A DNA stretch of 63,340 bases, filler included, from Licmophora abbreviata (GCA_900291995.1; 10 parts of 10 records of this genome joined end to end with filler, not necessarily neighbours in it); one strand, 5' to 3'; shown: positions 1 to 10,218, numbered from the whole stretch's first letter. Numbers and translations: made by a program. The notes: generated from the sequence alone by a model not told the origin.

Positions 1-450
1 GCCCCATCGTGGTAAAATATGACGTCTTAATTGCTCTTGGAGCTCTTCGGCAGTCAGTTCCTCCACAAACTCTGGAGTTGTGACGTGCCAAACAAGGACA
101 TGTCCCTTAACTTTGATACCGCGCTGCACTGCCCAGTCCACAATTTGATCGGCATGATGAAAGTCATATCGTCCCAACCGATCCGATGGGGTATCGTTGA
201 GTAGAGGCCCCGGCTGCATGTGACATAGCGGCGTCCATTTCAAGTGATGTTCCACCACGATTGCATTGAACTCGTCGTGCAGGACGCGTGCATACTCGGG
301 GTCGTTGTTGGTGTCCTGTAATGGCTTTGGAAGAACACAGGCTCCGATATCCACGTTCTTACAGCCCCTCCTCGCGATTTCCTTCAGTGTAGGACCATCC
401 GTAAATTCACGCATAGAACGATACTCATCGTCGTCGTTGTTCATCATCAT
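1..450 (-). CDS. Glycoside hydrolase family 10 (endo-1,4-beta-xylanase-like), 5' part; runs off the window start
   Basis: Not in the ORF track. Manual translation from ATG 450 gives ...PEYARVLHDEFNAIVVEHHLKW...GRYDFHHADQIVDWAVQRGIKVKGHVLVWH..., matching the GH10 EN.MKW, YDF..AD and GH.LVWH motifs. Confidence 0.85.
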   Translation of the reverse strand, partial: MMMNNDDDEYRSMREFTDGPTLKEIARRGCKNVDIGACVLPKPLQDTNNDPEYARVLHDEFNAIVVEHHLKWTPLCHMQPGPLLNDTPSDRLGRYDFHHADQIVDWAVQRGIKVKGHVLVWHVTTPEFVEELTAEELQEQLRRHILPRWG

Positions 451-655
451 TGTGTGATGCTTGATGTAATGCGTCGACATCATGAAATAGTCTACATTTT
501 GCTCCTTTCAGCAGTTTTCAAAATTAACAGTTTTGCGGATTGTTTCCAAATTTCTCAGGATTTCAGCCAGTTCTGGAAGGGAAACAAGAAGCAACGAAAC
601 ACGACGATGACGGTGGGCGCAATGGGAAAGTTACCGTAGGTCGACTACCTACGAT

Positions 656-2437
656 TCATTCAGCCCCCTGCGTCTGAGCTAGCGTGTACAAGAGACTTTG
701 AAACTGATGCCTTTTTCGATCGATTGCCTCCTGACCAAAACAGTCGTTCCCAAACGGACTGCTGTTTCCCTTGTTGTCTAGAAACTTCTGTGTGATTTCG
801 ATTGGATCGTTCAAGAAACGTTCCATCATTTCGAGCATGTGCATTCCACAGTCGGTCTCATTGACTTGCGCCGGTGTTGGAGGACTGACGCCCGGAAGTG
901 TGTCTTTGGTAAAGTAGGCTGTGCTGCTCTCGACAGAGCCATCTCTGTCCCCCGCCCTACTACCGATCATGGTCTGTTCTCGACAGGCATTCAAGTACTT
1001 GCGAACGCGTGCATACAGCGTGCTGGAGCGATGCAGTCCAAAGCGCTTGCCGGAGTCCAAATGCAAGACGCAAGGGCGACAAAATCGAGAGAAAGATGAT
1101 TCGATCATCACACCAGGATGGCAGACAACGAGAAAAGACCAGTGAAGCCTGTCATGCACTGGAATAACGAGCCAATCCATACTGAGAACGTTAACATCCT
1201 TGGTCCAACGTCCAAGCGTCTTCCATATAAACTGGCGATGCTCCATCGCATTCTTCTGGTCCTTTTTGTCATGCTGCTGTTTTCTTTGATCCAGTGCCAC
1301 AAGATGCGAGTAAAAGAAACTGGAAAAGGTATGAATACGTCGATTGGGGTAACGATGACGCAGATAAGCCAGCAGATAAAAATTCACAAGAGAGTCATTG
1401 AGGTAGACACCGGGGCGCAATCGAACAACATCTTGCCGCCGAAGAGTAAAGGTGTTGTACGTCAGTACAATATCCTTGCCCCAGGATGAAGTCTCAAGAG
1501 TATGTACATCCAAGGAAGGCACATACACGACTCCGTAGCTGAGTTGAATCTTGTACATGAGCAACGGACATGCAATCAAGTTTGGTTGTTGTTCTTGAGG
1601 GGTCACGAGGCGGTCGACGCGTGCGCCAACAACACGTCCCGCACCCATGCTCGTTACGACCCAGGCGCCAACCACATATGCTGGAGTAGGATCCGGTCTT
1701 GCCAATAGTAAGTCATTATTGATGGAAGGTGCTTGGGCGGCGCTATGGGCAGTGTCATGATCTTCCATCTGAGGTGACGCCACTTCCTTCTCTTCGTCAC
1801 TAGAAGTCAAGATTGAAATGACTTGAGGGACCTGGGCAGGAGGGCTCTTCTTCTGTTTCCCTCTAATCTTTTTTCTGCGTTTCCGTGCACGACGAGACGG
1901 GCCGGCGGCCTCCCGGGATGGTCTGACCAACACGAGATTCAATGGAAAATGGCGAGAATCCTTCAGCATCTCCAGCGCCTTGTGGCTGTTCGTGTGCAAC
2001 ATACCTTGACCCGTAGATAGACTGTAGATAGATTTCAATACATCTCCCTGTTGAATCGCCCTACCAAATACGTACCGAGTCAGGTTGCTGGAGACGCCTG
2101 TTGAAATTACGCCATCATCGGCTGCTGGCGTCTGCAAAGCCGGAGACGACTCGGACACGACAAAAATGCATTTCTTGGATGCCCTCCTTCGACGCTTCGG
2201 CGGACGGATCATCAATTGTCTCTTCCTACGATCTGACTTTCGCGAAGCAGCAAAACGACCAGTACTACCGTTGGTCGGGTGTGCCGACAGTGAGGAAGAA
2301 AACTGCTCCTCTTCTTGTGACACTTTTGGCTTTGAAACGATCGTTGACTTGGTCCTCGCTCCAATTTCCTCCCAGTGAATCTCATTCGCATCCAATACAG
2401 TAGTTAGACGCAACGTATATCTCTCAGGAGTCGCCAT
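656..2437 (-). CDS. Ulp1/SENP family SUMO-specific cysteine protease (peptidase C48) with long N-terminal extension
   Basis: YLNDSLVNFYL, HTFSSFFY, LHWSFLVV (catalytic His), HLDS (Asp) and QVNETDCG (Gln/Cys); first ATG at 2437. Confidence 0.9.
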   Translation of the reverse strand: MATPERYTLRLTTVLDANEIHWEEIGARTKSTIVSKPKVSQEEEQFSSSLSAHPTNGSTGRFAASRKSDRRKRQLMIRPPKRRRRASKKCIFVVSESSPALQTPAADDGVISTGVSSNLTRYVFGRAIQQGDVLKSIYSLSTGQGMLHTNSHKALEMLKDSRHFPLNLVLVRPSREAAGPSRRARKRRKKIRGKQKKSPPAQVPQVISILTSSDEEKEVASPQMEDHDTAHSAAQAPSINNDLLLARPDPTPAYVVGAWVVTSMGAGRVVGARVDRLVTPQEQQPNLIACPLLMYKIQLSYGVVYVPSLDVHTLETSSWGKDIVLTYNTFTLRRQDVVRLRPGVYLNDSLVNFYLLAYLRHRYPNRRIHTFSSFFYSHLVALDQRKQQHDKKDQKNAMEHRQFIWKTLGRWTKDVNVLSMDWLVIPVHDRLHWSFLVVCHPGVMIESSFSRFCRPCVLHLDSGKRFGLHRSSTLYARVRKYLNACREQTMIGSRAGDRDGSVESSTAYFTKDTLPGVSPPTPAQVNETDCGMHMLEMMERFLNDPIEITQKFLDNKGNSSPFGNDCFGQEAIDRKRHQFQSLLYTLAQTQGAE

Positions 2438-2615
2438 TCTTGCTCCAGTGTGGTCGCCGCCGTCGTGATGTTTCAAACTGAGGTGAGAAAAGAAGGCGAA
2501 CCTGTCGTCATGCCGCGCGAGTCAGTCACGTTGAACGTGCGAACGGTTCAACTTCCTCCACGTGGAGGATCATCGTCTTTTTTCTTCGTCTCACTCTCTT
2601 ACTTTCTCAAGCACC

Positions 2616-4383
2616 ATGGTTCGACGAAACGGCGTGGCCACAGCGGCCGCCTTGGCCTGCGGCAGCCCTATAGACACTGCAGTACCACTACTTGTGGCCA
2701 AGAGTAGCAGTGCTTCTGCACGAGCAGCGTTTGTGAGTCGAACGTTGCCACAAAGCAGTGTTGTCCGCATCGATGCTTCGGCGCTGTTGGTTCCACGAGG
2801 CGGAGACAATAAGAAGGGCGACAACAGTACCAAGGACGGCCCTGCAGTAGCGCCCCCATTTTCGAAAAAGAAGGGCTCATCAACCAACAAGAAAAAGAAA
2901 AAGAAGCGTTCGAGTAAGAACAAGGCACAGAAGGACTCTGATACTACGACCACTAGGACTGCGTCATCGGCCGAGCAGGAAAGCAGCACAGTAGGCGCCG
3001 ACCACGAGCACGAGACGTCTGATGCGTCGCCACATCCACCGGCAACAAAAACGGCCCAAGAGAAACTAGTGGAGGAGCTATTGCAATACGAAGATTACTA
3101 TCAGATTCTAGGAGTCTCAAAGACAGCTTCTTCTCAACAGATCCAAAAGGCCTATCGTCGTCGTGCGGTTAGTACGCACCCTGACAAGATGCCGGATCAT
3201 GACCGAAGGGCCTTTGACAAGGTGGCCGAAGCCTATGATGTACTCAGTGATGACAGCAAGCGACAAGTATACGATCGCTTTGGAAAACGTGGGCTCGATC
3301 CTACTCATCGTAGTAGCGGTGGTGCAGGCTTCCCACATTCGGCAGCAGAAGACATGTTTCGATCATTCTTCGGTGGCACGTTCGGGAGCGACGTGCGTCG
3401 CCCCCCTCCCCAGAATCGGAGTATGCAGTATCAGTTGGAAGTGTCATTGGAAGACCTGTACGGAGGGATGACGCGAAAAGTGGTCCTTACTGATCCTTCC
3501 CGCAAGACTGTTGAGGTTCACGTACCAAGAGGCATGGCGACTGGGCAAAGCATACTGTTGAGCGGTGAAGTGGATCATGTTCCGCATGCGACGCCGGCTG
3601 ATTTGATATTCACGGTCATACAGAGATCTCACCCCGTGTTTACGAGGAAAGGGCATGATTTGGCCATGGAAGTGAGAATATCCTTGCAAGAGGCTCTCTG
3701 TGGCGTCACACGGACCATTCGGCATTTGAACGGGCGGTCCATTACAGTCTCCTCGGCACTGAATAATGCTCATGCTGCGATAGACTCGGAAGGAGCGCCA
3801 GTTGCCATACATACCGGGGATGTGCAGGTACTCAAGGGTGAAGGCATGCCGAAACCTGCTCGACATGGACACGAGGACTTGGATACGAATGAATTTGGCG
3901 ACTTGTATGTGCAATTTCTTGTCGAGATGCCCTCTCCCGGTGCCATGAATCGGTTGTCCGCAGAAGAAAGAAAAGAGCTCGAAGTGTTGCTTGCGAAACT
4001 AGAAGGAAAAAAGCATGTTGACGCTTCATCAGAGCCGCACCACGATGTTCACACTTTAAAGAGAGCATCGAGCAATGACTTTGGTCGCGCCAGTGGGCGC
4101 TTCCGCATGGAGCAAGATGAAATCCCCAGTGAACGGGACGAGCGACGATCATTTAACCCATTCGGTGGAGGAGGTCGTCAGTTTTACTGGTCCTCGGCGG
4201 GAGCGGCGGGAAACCCCTTTTCCTCATCCNNNNNNNNNNNNNNNNNNNNNNNNNNNNNNNNNNNNNNNNNNNNTTAATTAATTAANNNNNNNNNNNNNNN
4301 NNNNNNNNNNNNNNNNNNNNNNNNNNNNNTCTGCAAGCAACATGAACGAAGATGACCCGAATGTACAATGTCAACAAATGTAG
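2616..4383 (+). CDS. DnaJ/Hsp40 co-chaperone (J domain + C-terminal substrate-binding domain, no Zn finger) ending in a CaaX box; spans a spacer
   Basis: DYYQILGV...THPDK J domain; LEVSLEDLYGG; HPVFTRKGHDL; GEGMP; GDLYVQF. After the spacer, 4330-4383 reads SASNMNEDDPNVQCQQM*. Confidence 0.9.
4230..4329. other. Artificial contig spacer N44-TTAATTAATTAA-N44
   Basis: Identical 100-nt spacer, with stops in all six frames, occurs nine times in the window. Confidence 0.98.
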
Positions 4384-4655
4384 TCTAAGATATCATAAGA
4401 TGAACTGCTTCTGCTTTTCTAGATGTTGTAGAAAACAAGCTACCGGCTTCATTGTCTCCGGTGACATTGCAGACATGAGTCGAGTCGGATCCAAACAAGA
4501 CGAATGGATGAAGACAGCGACTCTAGTCGAAGTAGTCAGCAGAAATCCTGAAATGATGGGTTCCGCGGCACGCCCTTTTCGCCGTTTTCAAACAGACAAG
4601 CCTGTGCTATTATTTGCTTGAGACATTTCCCTCGTTGTTGCTGATACGAGTCACC

Positions 4656-6401
4656 ATGATGACTCCCAAGGACGAAGCGTACTTTAGAGACCTTCTCCAG
4701 ACGATTAGAAGTGACCTGCGAGAGAAAATTCCCAAAACAGAAGATCCAAGCATCTTCTTGTCTGCTTGTCGCTCTGTGCAGGATGCACAGAAAGCCTTTG
4801 ATGCCGCCAAACGTGCGCGTGATGGCTCCGGCGAGGATCAAAAGAAGCAAGCTCAGGATGCTGTGAAAGCAGCGGAGCAGGCACTGGCTGCTGCCTGTGA
4901 GGTCGGGCTCACAGCTGCCACGCAGCTGATTCGGAAACTTCCTCTTGATTGCGACTCCCTGGACCACCAGCTCGTGGCTTGCTCGGTACTGGTGGAAGCG
5001 ACACCCAAGGGACTAGCGGAGTATTGCGCCCGTGGACCAAAACAAGACGATCTTGTAGACCAGCTTTTGTCGGATCCGACAATGATGCAGATCTTCTTGA
5101 ACGCTGGAGGGGTCAGGGCGGGCTGCTACGGTGATGCCATGGAGATTTACACCAAGTTGGTACAAGACGAGGCAGTCAAGAGCAATCCTGTACTACGCAA
5201 GCTAGCGATAGGGGTCAGCGTTGAGCTTGCAGGTGGTTCTCTAATGGAATTCGATACTGACGTCCCCGTCGATCCGATTGCTCGCTTCCAGCATTACCGG
5301 CAGGCCCACGAGCGCGGCGAACTGGATGCTTCGTTCCTTACCCTTTCTGCCTTTGAGATGCGTTATGTCATCAACTCGAATGCCCCTAACGATCAGTTGG
5401 CATGGGGCAGAGCAATGTTGCGCAACTATCGGCCCGATCAAGTTCTAATGGGCAATCAAGCTTGGCGCTATGTTATGTCGGTACGAACGGATGTGGCCTA
5501 CAAGCGCCCCACGTGGACCGGTACACCGCGCACATACCCAATGATCATCAGCGGAGGCGGCCAATGTGGTCCTCGGGCATGGTTTGGTCGCTTCATGCTA
5601 CAATCCTTTGGCATTCCCAATTGGGGCGTCCGACAGCCTGGTCATGCGGCTTTGACGCACTGGACACCGAGCGGATGGGTCGTGTGTCTTGGGGCGACTT
5701 GGAAGTTCTGTACTTGGGAAGGCAGATGGGGCCCCAACTTTTTGCTGGAGACTCAGGCGAGAGCCTGTGGTGAAGATAGATACATGAGCGTGCAGCGCCT
5801 CGAATGGATTGCGAATGTCTTGGGAGAGCCGCTAATTGATCCTGGCACGTGCATTGTTCATCCTGACCGGTTTTGGGGCTCACTGGCGCTGATGCAAAAG
5901 ACCGCTCTTTCGAAAGAGGGCCAATCTGTTCGAGCGGCGAGGGTTCCAAAGGCGATTCCTTGGTCACAACCAACGATCCCACCTACCCAAGACGATGCGA
6001 CCATGGTTATCGAAGCAACGAGCTGTACAAAGCCAGCTAAGAGTACCAATAACGTCATATTCATGAAGAGCTTCCTCGGAGGAACGCAGATGCACCATCA
6101 GGGTGACGATACCGTCGAGTACTGCTTGGAAATGAAGGAAACTGCCACATACGACATGACAGTTCTTCTAGTGTCTGTCCATCGTGACTGCGAGAACACG
6201 CTAATGTTGCTAGCACTGGAACAGAATGACACAGCATCGCTCACCAAGATCGACATTCCATACACTATGGGTATGTGGCAGGAGACAGAACCGGTCTCCA
6301 TCGAACTCAAAAAAGGAACCAACGTGATGAGCTTTACACGTCAGACGCCGAACTATGGACTGACACTTAAGAGATTCCTATTCCGGCCTAATTGCCCATG
6401 A
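4656..6401 (+). CDS. Uncharacterised protein with a putative transglutaminase-like Cys/His core and a C-terminal CBM-like beta-sandwich
   Basis: Intronless ~580-aa ORF; GGQCGPRAWFGRF...FGIP...QPGHAA; C-terminal ...ISIELKKGTNVMSF-type segment (VSIELKKGTNVMSFTR) resembles galactose-binding-like folds. Confidence 0.6.
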   Translation: MMTPKDEAYFRDLLQTIRSDLREKIPKTEDPSIFLSACRSVQDAQKAFDAAKRARDGSGEDQKKQAQDAVKAAEQALAAACEVGLTAATQLIRKLPLDCDSLDHQLVACSVLVEATPKGLAEYCARGPKQDDLVDQLLSDPTMMQIFLNAGGVRAGCYGDAMEIYTKLVQDEAVKSNPVLRKLAIGVSVELAGGSLMEFDTDVPVDPIARFQHYRQAHERGELDASFLTLSAFEMRYVINSNAPNDQLAWGRAMLRNYRPDQVLMGNQAWRYVMSVRTDVAYKRPTWTGTPRTYPMIISGGGQCGPRAWFGRFMLQSFGIPNWGVRQPGHAALTHWTPSGWVVCLGATWKFCTWEGRWGPNFLLETQARACGEDRYMSVQRLEWIANVLGEPLIDPGTCIVHPDRFWGSLALMQKTALSKEGQSVRAARVPKAIPWSQPTIPPTQDDATMVIEATSCTKPAKSTNNVIFMKSFLGGTQMHHQGDDTVEYCLEMKETATYDMTVLLVSVHRDCENTLMLLALEQNDTASLTKIDIPYTMGMWQETEPVSIELKKGTNVMSFTRQTPNYGLTLKRFLFRPNCP

Positions 6402-6903
6402 GGCTCGTCATGTGAGGTACAGCTCATGATGTGTTAACTTAGATTCGCCGATGCTTGCTTGACATGCACCCTCTCATCAATTCACCAACCAACAACAACG
6501 TCTGCCGTCGTCGACAACAACAACTGTCGGATCGATCCGACCGACTGACACCTTGCGCTCTCCTAAATCACATCACATCCTCAACGCTCGACAAGACGTT
6601 AACTCGTCTTGGACAACGTATGCTAGCTTGTGACATGCATTATGCGAAGATGATACTTCTGCTTAGTAGTAGGAGGAGCAACATGAGCTCTTACTGAAAG
6701 AAGAATATCTCCTCCGGGGAGCGACAGGCGGCCAGTCGGTGTCCGGGTTCCTTTGTGGAAAGTCGCGCGAAAACTGTCAGCGAATACTCGCGAAATGAAT
6801 GGCGGTCGTGGCTCCAAGATTTCAATTAACTTTTTCGAACTCGCGACTTGCGACAATGATGGCACAACATCACTTTTGTTCAGTGCCGGTCTCTCTTTGA
6901 ACC

Positions 6904-9168
6904 ATGACCGCGGTAACGAAGAGAGCGAGGCTCGTATGCTACATAGGTCTACTCGTTATAACAGCTACTATCATCGATCAGACCTACAGCTTCCCACAAA
7001 AACACAGAATACGAAGAGAAACACAGCCATCGAATAGTGTGCCTCGTCATCGCACTGTTTATGATGGTGGTCGAATACCATCCAATTATTTTCGGCGATC
7101 TGCTCCTTCATCTCTATTTTCACTAAGCGATGACACTCTTGACGATGATTGGGATCCGAAACAGCGGGAACAAAGTCAGATGCCTGATTACATTGCCTCC
7201 TTTCTCGACAAGACCAAATCGGACGAAGAAAAGAGCGCCGTCCCGGTCCAGGATCGCTACACGCACTGTATCGCCATCCCAATGGACGAATGCCACGAGC
7301 TCTTGTTAGAACTCGAGTCTGTTCAACGTGCAGTCTTGTACCATTGCCCCGTTCTGGTTCATTCCTGCATTGTACCCGCCATGACGCGCCTGCCTCTTTT
7401 GTACGTGGAAGCCAACGGCAAGACGTCCATGACGGCCACCAAAACTCTGCATAAGATTGTGGAACGAGTCATTCGAAAACGGTTTTACACAAAGCAAGAT
7501 ACTCTGGACGAAGGGGAGGAGCAAGAATCAGTAGAAGGTATCTCCGACATTGACGACGGCGACGAAGACGACGTTGCTGGGGTGAATGCACAAGGATATC
7601 GCCCTCTCGTGCTTTCATTTCATAACCTGGAAATCGATGGCCAAGGCAACCAAGTACTGAACACTGTCGCGACAGAAGATGTGGGAAAGACAACGTTGGT
7701 AGCGATGGTGAACGAGTTACGATCTGAAATAGAAGCGATCGGGTGGAAGACAGCGTTTCCTCCTGACGATCAGGTCGACAAGACGCCTGATGAGACGATA
7801 ACGGCGACTGATTCGTCGACTGTATTCCGCCCACGCGTTCCCTTTATGCGCTTACCAGAAGACTTCCAGTCGCTTCTGGAACCACTTCCAGAGGATCAAG
7901 AAGAATGGACTCGCACATCTGATCAGGGAGGGAACGGCATTTCGCCGATCTTTTGGCATCAATGGTGGGAAGACACCATGGCCCGGAATGTACGTCTTCG
8001 GGAGGTGGGAGTTTACCCACGGCAGTCGGGACGAGGTGGACTATCGGAACAAGCTTTCTATTTGCCACATGAAACGACACCGCTTCCCAACGGTAATGAT
8101 GCCTTGACAAGTGAAGAAGACAGACATCGTTCCTACCACGACAAACGCATGGCGGAGGCTGAGGGCAGACCTGTCGCAGATGAGGCGGATGTCATCCCGG
8201 ATTCAGACATTGAACGTCAGCTAGAACAACTTGAGACGCATTATGCCAAGAATGAGATTGTGGAATCTGAAGTGATCGAGCAAGCAGTGGCAGCAGATAC
8301 TGTAAGTTTCGACGACATCAAGGACGAGATCGAAGAATCTTTGAAGGCAATGGACGATATGCCCGCTATGAGTGCAGATATCACCCGCCTTGAAAGCACA
8401 CCGAATGTAGACCAGGAAGAACTCACGCAAGAACAACTCGACAGCTGGACCAAAGAGAGGATACGGAAGACAGTTGAAGCCCGTGCCAGCGTCCAGGCCC
8501 GACAAGTGAAGCTGAAGGACAAGCCATCTATTGCAGAAAACTCTATCTTTCAGAAGTACGGAGACAGGACTCTTGTGGAAAAGAAAAAGTCAACAGAGCC
8601 TTCCATTCCAAAGCCAGAGCTTCCTCCCTATCCTTGTAGAGAACATTTCTTTGGTATTTGGCGGGTTACATCTTCGCCGACTGGCTTGCCGGAAGAAATC
8701 GGCGATGATACTAAAAGCGACAATCTGATTCTACGAGTCGACGGAACTACGATGGGCGGGCCCATTTTGGATCAGAAGCTACAACAGAAGGCCTCCGGTG
8801 GCACCTGGAAGATGCTTGATGCAACTGATGACGACGGTACGCGTCTACGAATTCGGTTGGTCCTCCCTCCCAAGAAAGAACGAATCCTCGTCATGGAGGG
8901 TGAAGTGACAAGATTCCTAAGTCCGTCGGAAATGCCCATGACGAGCTCGACGTTCGGAATCCCCCAACTAGAAGAGCTGGCATCAAATAAGGACGGCGAT
9001 GGGGAGGATTTTATGCACTGTGGAGGTCCAGTCTGGATCGAAGATACCGTTACTGGCAAGAATCGACAAGAAATTGGGACGTTCAGTCTGATGAAGATCC
9101 AATCTCCCATGGGCGATCCTTCCAAATACACCGTTACGATTCCTAAACCAGTTCGGAGTCAGGACTAA
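6904..9168 (+). CDS. Uncharacterised, probably plastid-targeted protein with a degenerate AKAP7-like 2H domain and a C-terminal beta-rich domain
   Basis: 754-aa ORF; hydrophobic N-terminus then TYS-FPQ; YTHCIAIPM...TRLPLLYV...FRPRVPFMRL. Confidence 0.65.
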   Translation: MTAVTKRARLVCYIGLLVITATIIDQTYSFPQKHRIRRETQPSNSVPRHRTVYDGGRIPSNYFRRSAPSSLFSLSDDTLDDDWDPKQREQSQMPDYIASFLDKTKSDEEKSAVPVQDRYTHCIAIPMDECHELLLELESVQRAVLYHCPVLVHSCIVPAMTRLPLLYVEANGKTSMTATKTLHKIVERVIRKRFYTKQDTLDEGEEQESVEGISDIDDGDEDDVAGVNAQGYRPLVLSFHNLEIDGQGNQVLNTVATEDVGKTTLVAMVNELRSEIEAIGWKTAFPPDDQVDKTPDETITATDSSTVFRPRVPFMRLPEDFQSLLEPLPEDQEEWTRTSDQGGNGISPIFWHQWWEDTMARNVRLREVGVYPRQSGRGGLSEQAFYLPHETTPLPNGNDALTSEEDRHRSYHDKRMAEAEGRPVADEADVIPDSDIERQLEQLETHYAKNEIVESEVIEQAVAADTVSFDDIKDEIEESLKAMDDMPAMSADITRLESTPNVDQEELTQEQLDSWTKERIRKTVEARASVQARQVKLKDKPSIAENSIFQKYGDRTLVEKKKSTEPSIPKPELPPYPCREHFFGIWRVTSSPTGLPEEIGDDTKSDNLILRVDGTTMGGPILDQKLQQKASGGTWKMLDATDDDGTRLRIRLVLPPKKERILVMEGEVTRFLSPSEMPMTSSTFGIPQLEELASNKDGDGEDFMHCGGPVWIEDTVTGKNRQEIGTFSLMKIQSPMGDPSKYTVTIPKPVRSQD

Positions 9169-9446
9169 TACTCTAAGAGAAAGCGTTTGAAACCGAAGCA
9201 TCGCAAGGTAAACTGTTCGCGAGAATAGACGCGAGAGCTCTCGGGAGCAAAACACACTTCAAACCTCAGGTTATGGGTTACAGTTTGAAAGTGAACCATG
9301 GCCGCACGCACAGCTTCACTTTACAAAAAACGCGATCGACGCTGTGCATCACCGGGCAGCGGGGCTTGTACCGTAGCATTGCCATTCGTCCTGTTTGATA
9401 CACACCAGTCTCCGCCCGATCCACCCCTGCGAGCTAGACAAGCAAT

Positions 9447-10218
9447 ATGAGTACAGAAACAGAGGAAATCAAGAAGTTGTTAACGTCGTACAGCCCCGAC
9501 AGTATCCCGCAGTTGGCTGCCTTCGTTCAAGCCCAGGCCGCGGGAACGGTGCCATACATGTTTGACGCAAACCGGACTCTGGCCAAGCTATATCAGTTCT
9601 CCCCTGATCGACAAGATTCAAACATTACAGCACTGATGTTGTTGCTGTCGCTCGTAGAATTCCCGTCGACCGACCATCTGGCCTTGTCCAGTTTGGTGCC
9701 AAAAAAGGTGCAAATGGAGGGGACTTGCGAGACTGTTTTGCGGTACGTGAAACCTTTGCAGCTGACTGGGTGGCCCATGAAAGTCATCGCTGAGTAGGAA
9801 TGAGTGTTAAGGTGTGCTGACGATCTCCCTTTTTTCTCATCACTGAAGCTGTTCGGAACTCTTGGATTCCTGTCAGTTTACGGAATTTTGGACTTCCTAT
9901 AAGGCTCTTGTGCACGACGCGGACGAGAATCTGTCATCCTTGGCAAAGCGCTCCACCGATCGAATTTCGAAGGCGATTGTGTCTGTCTTGGCCTTGTCTT
10001 TCCGTACTGCTCCTCTGTCCGTCGTTACCGCTGCTTCCAATGTGAGCGACTCTGGGAAGCTGGTCTCCTTTGATGAAATTGAACGTGTGGTGGATGGCAA
10101 CAGCGTCCAGTTTGTAGCAACGACCGAGAATACTAAGAGAGATCGTGTCTTTCAGGAAGGCGTCACATTCAATGATATTTCCAGTCTCATGTCAAAATCA
10201 TCGGTTGCCCGCGAGTGA
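9447..10218 (+). CDS. EIF3K: Eukaryotic translation initiation factor 3 subunit K; intron 9743-9848
   Basis: YSPDSIPQL...YMFDANRTLAKLYQFSP...FPSTD matches the eIF3k N-terminus; a GT..AG intron joins in frame to CSELLDSCQFTEFW. Confidence 0.85.

Noticed and set aside
4274..4285. TTAATTAATTAA repeated nine times as a possible biological repeat or CRISPR-like element
   Set aside because: Always centred in N runs of fixed length; a synthetic six-frame-stop linker
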